Sequence record: CM079450.1
Length of the DNA: 32,000 nucleotides
Strand: one strand, 5' to 3'
How positions within the stretch are numbered: position 1 is the first letter of the stretch; the number at the start of each line of letters is the position of its first letter. The position numbers and the translations under genes were made by a program. The notes under the pieces were generated by a model. It did no database searches. It saw only the letters and a list, made by a program, of their open reading frames with translations, and was not told the DNA's origin. This document shows, piece by piece, positions 9,567 through 19,633 of the stretch.

Positions 9567-9650
9567 TTTTGTTTCTTGCCTTTTGTTTCTTGCCTTTTGT
9601 TTCTTGCCTTTTGTTTCTTGCCTTTTGTTTCTTGCCTTTTGTTTCTTGCC
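9567..9650. repeat. Tandem repeat, 14-nt unit ttttgtttcttgcc, 6 exact copies
   Basis: I counted six exact units directly from 9567 to 9650. They explain the FCFLPFVSCLLFLA periodic peptides in track ORFs 9450..9656 and 9503..9715. Confidence 0.95.
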
Positions 9651-9905
9651 TTTTAAAAGCTAAAAAGCTTTTAAAAGTATCAAATCCCTCCCCCTTTTCC
9701 TGCTACACCACTTAGGTGGTGTTGCTTCTTCCCCCTTTTTTTCTCCCTTTCACGCTTTTAACGCTGAGCGTTATATCATCCACCCCTTCGTTAAAAGAAA
9801 AGTGCTTTTCCGGTCTTCTGACGGTAGCATAAGCTTTGCTTATACTACCGTCAGAAGACCGGAAAAGCACTTTTCTTTTAAGGAAGGGGTGAAACAAACA
9901 AAGGC

Positions 9906-9968
9906 ATAATATAAATAATATAAATAATATAAAAAATATAAATAATATAAAAAATATAAATAATATAA
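9906..9968. repeat. AT-only tandem repeat, 9-nt unit ataatataa (variant aaaatataa), 7 copies
   Basis: I counted seven 9-nt units directly. The minus-strand translation gives the IIYIFYIIYIFY periodicity in ORF 9878..10066. Confidence 0.9.
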
Positions 9969-11999
9969 GGCTTCTTTCCCTTCCGGAAAAGCACTATTAT
10001 CCCTTTGTTTGTGCGTCCCTCCGGTCCGGTAGGAACCGGCCGGTTCCTACCGGACCGGAAAAGCACTTTTCTTTTAACGAAGGGGTGGATGATAGTGCTT
10101 TTCCGGAAGGGAAAGAATGAGGGGGAAACAATGAGGAAAAAAAGAAAGGGCTTTATTTTTTATGAAACTGAAGGGGGGGGCTTTTGTTTTTTAAGCTAAG
10201 CAATTTAAGATAGCAGCCATCCCCAAAAAATATATATAGGGGTGGCTGCTTTTCTTTAGCAATGAGGCACTTATATATACACAAACAAAAGGAGGGAGGA
10301 ACAAAAGAAAGAAGAAGAAGAAGAGCTTTTAAAAAGTTTTTAACCAATAAAAAAAAGGACACACATATAAAAATATCAAATTTTTTATATATAATAATCT
10401 TTAATTATTTACGCTTCCCCCTTTTTTTCTTTCTTTACTTTTTTTTCTTTTTAACTAAAAACGAAGTTTTTATAAAGGCTCCGCCTTTAGCTGCCTTCCA
10501 GAAGAAGAGCTTATCCCTTTGGGATGATAAAAACTTCTTATATTCCATATAATAAAAAGCGAAGCTTTTTAGTTTTTAGTTATATTTTCCCTTTAGGGAA
10601 GATAGTGTATAAAAAAATAAAGCCTCCCCTTTTTATTGCTTCTCCTCTTTCCCTTTAGTTGGTGCTTAAGAAAACACCCCTTTAGTTTGTGCGTCCCTCC
10701 GGTCTTCTGACGGTAGTATAAGCAAAGCTTATGCTACCGTCAGAAGACCGGAAAAGCACAAACTAAAGGGGTGTTTTCTTAAGCACCAACTAAAGGGAAA
10801 GAGGAGAAGCAATAAAAAGGGGGGGCTTTATTTTTTAAGTAAAGGGAAAGGGGGGAGGGGATAAAAAGAAGGGGGAAGCATAAAAGAGATTATTTTAGAA
10901 ATGCATTTTTGGTTACTAAAAGAAAAATATTGTTTGTGACACCCTTTATAAGCTCTTTTTTTTGACACCCAGGAGCTTTTAATATAATAGGAGGTATACA
11001 AAAATATAAGTGCTTTTATGGCATAGACAGCTTAGCTGTATAACTTAGACCAGAAATAAAAACAAAATTGCTTCAAATACTGTCATTATCTAAGCGCTTT
11101 ATATGCTAAAAATGCTAAAAGCCTGCCCGTCCCCTGTCCCCTACTCTGCCCCACTTTCATGATGGAAAATTTAGACATTTATGGGTGCTCTTGCCTTTAA
11201 AATAGATCAACCAAAGGTGTTGGCTTCCCCTCATCCCCCTTCACCTATGGTTTCCTTTTTTATTTTTTTATACACAAATTTATTTTAATAAAAAAGATGC
11301 CTATAAGCTTTGCTTATAACCACGGCTTCTCTTAAAGCATATAAATACTTTATATATAATATAATTTTTTAATGGCTCCCTTTTTAAAAGCTTATATTTC
11401 ATATAATTATATTTCATATAAGAAGCTTTTTATTTCCCCCTCATTCTTTCCCCCTCACCCCTTCGTTTGTGCAGAGGGACACAAACAAATAATAATTTGT
11501 TTGTGTCCCTCTGCACAAACGAAGGGGTGAGGGGGAAAGAAGCCTTATATTATTTATAAACACTATCATCCCAAAGGGATAATATAACTTCCCTTTAGTT
11601 TGTTTTTTCTTCCCTGTAGGGAAACAAACTAAAGGAAAGAAGAATGGACCGGTCCGGTAGGAACCGGCCGGTTCCTACCGGACCGGAAGGGCATATAAGA
11701 AGCTTTTTAGCTTTTAAAAGGCAGCAATAAAAAAGGAGAAATGCAAAAGGGAAAGTGGGAAAAGAAGAAAGCAAAGGCCGAGGTGGGCATATCCACCCCT
11801 TCGTTAAAAGAAAAGTGCTTTTCCGGTCCGGTAGGAACCGGCCGGTTCCTACCGGACCGGAGGGACGCACAAACCAAATTATTATTTGTTTGTGCAGAGG
11901 GGAGATAATAAGAGGATTGTGCTTATATTAAAAAAAAGCTTAAGGTGCGTCAATTACTTTTCGATTTTTTATTTTACATATCAAAATCTATTTATTTTT

Positions 12000-12101
12000 A
12001 TGAATACTGTATTAATTTTCCAACTTATAGCTTTGTTACTTGTAGTAGCTGCTGGTCCTTTAGTTGTTGTTTTATTATCAGCCCGCGGTGGTAATCTTTA
12101 A
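12000..12101 (+). CDS. psb30: Photosystem II protein Psb30 (Ycf12)
   Basis: The 33-codon ORF MNTVLIFQLIALLLVVAAGPLVVVLLSARGGNL has a single hydrophobic helix and an ...AR.GNL C-terminus, as in Ycf12/Psb30. The ATG at 12000 lies inside the longer TTG-initiated track ORF 11886..12101, whose upstream part is repeat or spacer sequence. Confidence 0.85.
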   Translation: MNTVLIFQLIALLLVVAAGPLVVVLLSARGGNL

Positions 12102-12175
12102 TTTTAATTAGAATTTAATTTAGGTTTATTTTTCGGTTTCCGTCACTAATCGTGTGTATATAAGCCTTTATTCGC

Positions 12176-12261
12176 TTTTTTTTTTCTCCCTTTACTTCAT
12201 TGCTAAAAAAAAAGGGGGGACCCCTTTTTTTTAGCAATGAAGTAAAGGGAGAAAAAAAAAA
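12176..12261. terminator. 86-nt inverted repeat about 75 nt downstream of psb30 (candidate 3' UTR stem-loop)
   Basis: The arms t(10)ctccctttacttcattgctaaaaaaaa and ttttttttagcaatgaagtaaagggaga(10) are perfectly complementary. The centre is slightly asymmetric (gggggga-cccc). Any role in 3' end processing or stability is inferred from position only; plastid 3' inverted repeats usually stabilise transcripts rather than terminate them. Confidence 0.35.
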
Positions 12262-13492
12262 GAAACTAAAAGTGAATAAGTGCTCTTATATTGCCCTTAT
12301 TATTATAGACACTTGGTGGGTTTGGCATAATTATGCCAAACCCACCAAGTGTCTATAATAATAAGGGCACCCCTTGCTTTTACCTTTCCCCCCTAATAAT
12401 TATTTTCCCGTGTGTTTTAACGCTGCCTTCCAGAAGAAGAGCTTATATGAAATATAATAAAAACTTCGTTTTTAGTTATATTTTCCCTTTAGTTGGTTTT
12501 TTCTGTTGGTGTTCAAGAAAACACCCCTTCTCCGCGCTTCGCGCGTATATGCTTTCCTAAAGGAAAGAAGCGCATAGTTAAAAGAAAAGTGCTTTTCCGG
12601 TCCGGTAGGAACCGGCCGGTTCCTACCGGACCGGAGGGACGCACAGACAGAAGAAAACACCAACTAAAGGAAAGAAGAAGATAGTGCTTTTCCGGTCCAT
12701 CGGCGAAGCCGAAGCACCAAATAATTATTTGGTGTTCTCTCCATAGTATAAGCTTTGCTTATGCTTCCCCCTTCGGGGAGAAAAGCACCAAATAATTATT
12801 TGGTGCTTATAAATAATATAAGGCTGGAAAATAAAGCCTTGCTCCCTCTGCACAAACAAATTATTATTTAGGGGAGAAGTGCATGGACCGGAAGAAAGGG
12901 GGGGGCCCCAGCAGGAAGCCGGGGGGCCCCAGCACGGCCATGCAAGAGAAGATCGTTTTTTTTTTGCTGGTAAAAAGCCAATATACCGTTAAGAGAATGA
13001 AATGGGGATATTAGCCACCTTTTTTACGCCTTGGATCTAAGGAAAAGGGGACTTTGGACGGGAGGTTTGCATATAAGTTTTTCCTTTAGACTCTATCTGC
13101 CTAACATGCTTAGGTAGGTTTTATAATAATAAAATTGAATGTATAAAAAAATAAAAAGTATGCAATGCCTCCCCTTTCCCTGGTTATAAGCTTTGCTTAT
13201 GCTTTCCCCCCCCCCCCCTTTTACTTTTTCTACTTTATTGCTTTTTTGTTGGGGGGGCTTTTATTTTTTAAGTAAAGGGAAAGCATCATCCCTTCGGGAT
13301 AATAACCAGGAAAGGGGTGCTTTTCACTTTCAAAACAATTAAGTTGGGGGGCAGGTAGGCAGATGAAGGCCACAGAGAAGGGGCCCTAAGAGAGAGCAGG
13401 GGGGCACATATTATGAAAGAAGATGAGTTAAATACGAAAAGAACATTATATTATGGTATAATAGGGTGTCCAAGAACAGCATACTAAAAACA

Positions 13493-13581
13493 GGAGAGAT
13501 GGCTGAGTGGTCGAAAGCGGCTGATTGCTAATCCGTTGTATAGATTTCTCTGTACCGAGGGTTCGAATCCCTCTCTCTCCG
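13493..13581 (+). tRNA. trnS: tRNA-Ser (anticodon GCU)
   Basis: Sequence reads GGAGAGA-TG-GCTGAGTGGTCGAAAGC-G-GCTGA-TTGCTAA-TCCGT-TG-TATAGA-TTTC-TCTGTA-CC-GAGGG-TTCGAAT-CCCTC-TCTCTCC-G. The acceptor stem is perfect, there is a long variable arm (class II), the anticodon is GCT, and the D-arm and T-arm closely resemble plastid trnS-GCU. Confidence 0.93.
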
Positions 13582-14731
13582 TAAAAAACCTCTATGGCAA
13601 AGCCATATATGGCTTTGCCGCCCCTCCACCCACCATAGGTGTTGCTTCTTCTTCTTTCCTTTAGTTGGTGTTTTCTTCTGCGCCAACAGAAAAAACAAAC
13701 TAAAGGGAAGTATATACCCCACTTCATGATGGAAAACTTAGGCATTTATGGGTGATCTTGTCTTTAAAATAGATAAACCAAAGGTGTTGGCTTCCCCTCT
13801 TTTTTTCTCTTTTTTTTTTAATTGCTAAAGGCAAGCAGTTGCCTGGTTATTATCCCGAAGGGATGATGCTTAAAAATATATGCCTTTACTTAAAAAATAA
13901 AAAAATAAAGCCCCCCCTTTTTTTTTATTGGTTAGCAATAAAGTATTCTGCCCTTTACTGTTTCAGAAAAGTGCTTCTTTCCCCCTTTTTTTCTCTTCTG
14001 CTTGCCTTTACTTAAAAATAAAGCCCCCCCTTTTTAAATAAATTATAAAAAAGTTCTAGTTTACAAAAGGAAAAACACACGCTTTTAAATATTTTCCTTT
14101 TGTAAACTAGAACTTTTTTTAATTGATGGCCAAATTATTATTGGTTTGTGTCCTTCCGGTCCGGTAGTATAAGCAAAGCTTATGCTACCGGACCGGAAAA
14201 GCACTTTTCTTTTAACGAAGGGGTGAGGCATTTATGGGGAACCCATAAATGCCTCATTCTTTCCCCCCAAATAATAAGGGGGAAAGAAGCCTTATATTAT
14301 TTATAAACACAAACAAAATTTTATGCACCCAATAATTATTGGGTGCTTAAGAAAACACCCCTTTAGTTTGTTTTTTCTTCCTTCCGGTCCATTGCCTAAA
14401 GGGAAATCCCTTTGTTTGGAATGTTTGTCTTCTGACGAAGCGCAGCATAATATTATTTATAAGCACTTTTCTGTTCTGCGCAAACAAATAATTATTTGGT
14501 GTTCTCTCTTCTTTTAAATTAAGTATAAGCAAAGCTTATGCTATGGAGAGAACACCAAATAATTATTTGGTGCTTCGGCTTCGCCGATGGACCGGAAAAG
14601 CACTATCATGCGGGAACAAAGGCATAATATAACGCTCTTCTTCTGGAAGGCAGCTAAAGGCGGAGCCTTTATAAAAACTTCGTTTTTAGTTAAAACAAAT
14701 AATAATTTGGTTTGTGCTAAGAAAAGTGCCC

Positions 14732-14808
14732 TTATATAATTTATATATAATTTATATATAATTTATATATAATTTATATATAATTTATATATAATTTATA
14801 TATAATTT
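14732..14808. repeat. Tandem repeat, 11-nt unit tatataattta, 7 copies, expanded inside a palindromic unit
   Basis: I counted seven units directly. They are flanked by ccct...taagggg, so this is an expanded version of the common cccttatataatttataagggg element (single-unit form at, for example, 4393-4416 and 17650-17672). Confidence 0.95.
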
Positions 14809-16596
14809 ATAAGGGGTGTTTTCTTAAGCAACTAAAGGGAAAGGCTTCTTTCCCCCTTATAAATTATATAAGGGGGAAAGATGAGAAGCAATAAGAAGGG
14901 GGGGCTTTATTTTTTAAGTAAAGGGAAGATAGTGCTTTTCCGGTCCATCGGCGAAGCCGAAGCACCAAATAATTATTTGGTGTTCTCTCCATAGTATAAG
15001 CTTTGCTTATGCTTCCCCCTTCGGGGAGAAAAGCACCAAATAATTATTTGGTGCTTATAAATTAGGACCGGAAGGGAAACCAAATAATTATTTGTTTTAA
15101 CGCTTCTAAAAGCGAAGCTTTTATACCTACCGAAGGTAGGTAGCTAAAGGCGGAGCCTTTATAAAAACTTCTTATATTCCATATAATAAAAAGCGAAGCT
15201 TTTTAGTTTTTAGTTATATTATCCCTTTGGGATGATAGTGCAGAGAGGAGAAAATTTTATATACACACTTATTACACTTCCCCCTTTTTTTTATATAATT
15301 TATAAGGGGAAAAGAAGCCTTTTATAATTTATAATGAAGAGCCCCCCCTTTTTAAATAAATTATAAAAAGTCATATATTTTTTTTAATTTTTAAGGGGGG
15401 GGGGAAAGAAAGGCGCTTCTTCCCTTTACTTAAAAAATAAAGCCCCCCCTTTTTTTTATCCCTTTAGGGGAGAAAAAGAAGGGAGGGGGGGGGAAAATAA
15501 AGGGAAAGGGGGGGGGGGGGAAGCGTTCTAGTTTACAAAAAAGGGGGGGGGGAAGAACTGAAGGGGGGGCTTTATTTTTAAAATAAAAAAAAGTAAAGGC
15601 AAGAAGCGCTTATAAATTATATAAGGCTTCTTTCCCTTCCGGAAAAGCACTATTATGCCTTTGTTTGTTTCACCCCTTCCTTAAAAGAAAAGTGCTTTTC
15701 CGGTCCGGTAGCATAAGCTTTGCTTATACTTTGTACAAAGTGCTTCGGCTTCGCCGATGGACCGGTCCGGTAGCATAAGCTTTGCTTATACTTTGCACAA
15801 AGTGCTTCGGCTTCGCCGATGCATAAGCTTTGCTTATAGTATAAGCAAAGCTTATGCTACCGGACCGGAAGGACGCACAAACTAAAGGTAAGAAGGATGA
15901 TATAAGGCTCAGCGTTAAAACAAATAATAATTTGTTTGTGTTTATAAATAATATAAGGCTTCTTTCCCTTCCGGAAAAGCACTATCATCCCAAAGGCATA
16001 ATATAACTTCCCTTTAGTTGGTTTTTTCTTCTTCTTTCCTTTAGTTGGTGTTTTCTTCCGGTCCGGTAGGAACCGGCCGGTTCCTACCGGACCGGAAAAG
16101 CGCCAACAGAAAAAACAAACTAAAGGGACGAGAACACCAACTAAAGGAAAGAAGAAGAAGCGTTAAAACCAAATTATTATTTGGTTTGTGCTTATTTTTC
16201 TCCTCACCCCTTCGTTAAAAGAAAAGTGCTTTTCCGGTCCATCGGCGAAGCCGATGGACCGGAAGGACACAAACCAAAAGGGAGAAAAAAAGGGAAAGAA
16301 TGAGGGGGAAAGATGAGAAGGTTGGTATAAAAGCTACTTATATGCCTGGTGTTGCTTCTCCCCTTTAGGGGTGAAAAGCCGGTCCGGTAGTATAAGCAAA
16401 GCATAAGCTTTGCTTATACTACCGGACCGGCTTTTCACCCCTAAAGGGGAGAAGCAACACCAGGCATATAAGAAGCTTTTTAGCTTTTAAAAGGCAGCCA
16501 TTAAAAAAGAAACCAAAGGTGATAGGCACCTATAATCTTAAACTATAGTATTGCTTATAAATGGCTTTAGTGGCTTAGTTAAACCTGCTCGTTATT

Positions 16597-16668
16597 TGGG
16601 TTGCCTGGGACTCGAACCCAGAACTTATCGGTTAAAAGCCGAGTACTCTACCATTGAGTTAGCAACCC
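16597..16668 (-). tRNA. trnK: tRNA-Lys (anticodon UUU)
   Basis: Reverse complement reads GGGTTGC-TA-ACTC-AATGGTA-GAGT-A-CTCGG-CTTTTAA-CCGAT-AAGTT-CTGGG-TTCGAGT-CCCAG-GCAACCC-A. This is 72 nt and very close to canonical plastid trnK-UUU, with no intron. Confidence 0.95.
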
Positions 16669-17162
16669 TTTTTTTTTTGTTTCTTTATGCCTGTGTGGTA
16701 TAAAAGGGTGCTTGACCCTTTCTATTTTATGCTGTAAGCCTTACCCACCAGGATATACCCACATACTAATGTGACTATAGAATTTTTTTTTTTCAAAGAA
16801 GCAAAAAAAAGGTTTAAAAACAAATCAATATTAAGTTTTTATCCTTACAAAACAAAATAAGATTGCTTTCCTTTAATTGTAACACTTTTTTTCTATATAA
16901 CCTATTTACTGGGGGTAAAAATGATCTCTGTACATAAAATATGGGATTAGTCTAAAACATAATCAATACAGATCCTTTTGGTATTAATAACTAACAGGAA
17001 AATGCTTTAGGATTACACATATTTTATAGTATATGCACGCCTTCTTTTATTGGGGGGCTTTTTAGTTCTTTATTGCCTTTGCTGGGGCCCCCCCCGGTCC
17101 GGTAGTATAAGCAAAGCTTATGCTTCGGAAAAGCACCAAATAATTATTTGGTGCTTTTCCGA

Positions 17163-17216
17163 AGCATAAGCTTTGCTTATAGCATAAGCTTTGCTTATAG
17201 CATAAGCTTTGCTTAT
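17163..17216. repeat. Triplicated 18-nt hairpin unit agcataagctttgcttat inside an otherwise symmetric palindrome
   Basis: The units are 17163-17180, 17181-17198 and 17199-17216. The enclosing structure 17096-17229 (ccggtccggtagtataagc...caccaaataattatttggtg...gcttatactaccggaccgg) has one copy in the left arm and three in the right arm. Confidence 0.9.
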
Positions 17217-17823
17217 ACTACCGGACCGGCTTCCCTGGTGGGATCCCCCCCCAAATAATAATTTGGCCTTTACTTAAAAAATAAAGCCCCCCCTTTTTTT
17301 TATTGGTTAGCAATAAAGTAGAAAAAGTAAAAGGGGGGGGGGGGGGAAGCGGGAAAAGTTATATACACACTTATTACTTCCCCTGTGTTTTTGGGCACCG
17401 AACACCCCTTCCTTTTAACGCTTCTTCCTTCCGGAAAAGCACTATCATCCCAAAGGGATAATATAACTAAAAACTTATATTTCATATAATTATATGAAAT
17501 ATAAGAAGTTTTTATTATATTTCATATAAGCTCTTCTTCTGGAAGGCAGCTTATATGAAATATAATAAAAACTTCTTATATTTCATATAATTATATGAAA
17601 TATAAGTTTTTAGTTAAAACCAATAATAATTTGGTTTTAAGAAAAGTGCCCTTATATAATTTATAAGGGGTGAAGTTATATCATGCCTTTGTTCCCGCAT
17701 AATAGTGCTTTTCCGGTCCTAATTTATAAGCACCAAATAATTATTTGGTGCTTTGTATAAGCTTTGCTTTTAGCATAAGCTTTGCTTATACTACCGGACC
17801 GGAAGGACGCACCAACTAAAGGG

Positions 17824-17863
17824 AAGCAGAGGAAAGCAGAGGAAAGCAGAGGAAAGCAGAGGA
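17824..17863. repeat. Tandem repeat, 10-nt unit aagcagagga, 4 copies
   Basis: I counted the units directly. A G8 tract follows, and then an inverted repeat ttccttcttagttctgttttcc / ggaaaacagaactaagaagg at about 17881-17955. Confidence 0.9.
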
Positions 17864-19240
17864 AAGGGGGGGGACCCACTTTTCCTTCTTAGTTCTGTTT
17901 TCCTTCTTTTCCTTCTTAGGAAGGAAAACAGAACTAAGAAGGAAAAGAAGGAAAAACAAAGGCAGGGGGAAAAAAGGGGGGCTTTATTTTTTTATTTTTT
18001 AAGTAAAGGCATATATTTTTAAGCATAAGCAAAGCTTATAACCAGGCAATGCGATAAAAGTGGGGTCCCCCCCCGTGTATATAAGTGTGTATAAAAACCA
18101 ATGATGAGCCTTTTTGCTACTGCAAAAGTGGTGCAGTAGGCTCTTGCTATTTCTCTTTTTTTATTTTTATTTTTCTCCCTTTACTTAAAAACAAAAGCCC
18201 CCCCTTCATTGCTAAAGGAAAGCAGCCACCCCTATATATATTTTTATTTTTTAAGTAAAAAAAAAGGCTGCTATCTTAAATTGCTTAGCTTACAAAAAAC
18301 TTATGTAAAAGGGGGGGGGGATTTAAGATAGCAGCCTTTTTTTTTACTTAAAAAATAAAAATATATATAGGGGTGGCTGCTTTCCTTTAGCAATGAAGGG
18401 GGGGCTTTTGTTTTTAAGTAAAGGGAGAAAAATAAAAATAAAAAAAGAAAACCAAAGGTGATAGGCAAAAACACCTACCCTTGGTGGGTGAGGCATAATT
18501 ATTTGGAAGGGTATATAAGCTTTGCTTCTAAAAGGTGTTCTTCCCTTCACTTTTGGTTTCTTTTTTCTTTTTTATGCTTTTGCTGCTTGCTGGCAACTAA
18601 AAAGAAAAAAAGGGAGTGCCCAGTATATAATAATAAGCCGGTCCGGTAGCATAAGCTTTGCTTATACAAAGGAGAGAACACCAAATAATTATTGGGTGCT
18701 TATAAATTATATAAGGCTGGAAAATAAAGCCTTCGGAAAAGCACTTTTCTGCCTAATAATTATTTGGTGCAAGGACCGGTCCATTATTTTTTTTTGTTTG
18801 TGCTTCCTCTGCACTATTATCCCTAAAGGGATGATATAACTTCACCCCTTCGTTAAAAGAAAAGTGCTTTTCCGGTCTTCTGACGGTAGTATAAGCAAAG
18901 CTTATGCTACCGTCAGAAGACCGGAGGGACGCACAAACTAAAGGGAAGAAGCTTATATGAAATATAATAAAAACTTCGTTTTTAGTTAAAACAAAAAAAA
19001 ATAATGGACCGGGGGGGACCCTTTTATCCATGGGGGACCCCTTTCTCCATGGGGGGAAGAGGAAGAGAAGGGAAAAACACCTTTGGTTTCTTTTTATTAA
19101 AAAAAGAAAAAAAGGGAGGGGGGGCTTTTTAAGAAGAAAAAGCAAAGGAAGGGGTCCCCCCCGAACTACACGTTTATAGGATATTTTTCATTATGGCTAT
19201 ACTACAGAGGGAGAGCGTTTAGCAGATATATATTTAATAG

Positions 19241-19633
19241 TTAAACACTTCGTTTTTTAGGAGGACGACACCCATTATGTGGAATACCTGTTTTTTCACG
19301 AATAACATTTACTTTAATGCCTGCTTTAAAAATTTCACGAATGGCACTTTCTCGGCCTTGCCCAGGTCCAGTAACCAAAACTTTTGCTTCTTTCATACCA
19401 AAATCTCGCGATTTACGAGACGCTGTTTCTGCCGCTTTTTTTGCCGCAAAACTAGTAGATTTTCTTTTACCTTTAAAACCGCAGGCACCTGCGGAACTCC
19501 AACAAACTACTTCTCCTCGAATATTGGTGATAGTTATTATAGTATTATGATAACCTGCTTGAATATGTACAATTCCTCTAAAAAGTCGTGTTTTAGACTT
19601 GGGTGTAGCCAATTTACGTGTTTGTCTTGCCAT
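19241..19633 (-). CDS. rps11: 30S ribosomal protein S11
   Basis: The 130-aa ORF starts at an ATG (cat at 19631-19633). Full-length S11 similarity is evident by eye ([45 protein letters not shown]...[17 protein letters not shown]...[12 protein letters not shown]). The region is free of repeats. Confidence 0.97.
   Translation of the reverse strand: MARQTRKLATPKSKTRLFRGIVHIQAGYHNTIITITNIRGEVVCWSSAGACGFKGKRKSTSFAAKKAAETASRKSRDFGMKEAKVLVTGPGQGRESAIREIFKAGIKVNVIREKTGIPHNGCRPPKKRSV

Noticed and set aside
11886-11999. 38-codon N-terminal extension of psb30/ycf12 in the track ORF.
   Set aside because: It starts at a TTG inside or adjacent to repeat sequence. Psb30 is a protein of about 33 residues with a single helix, and the internal ATG at 12000 gives exactly that.
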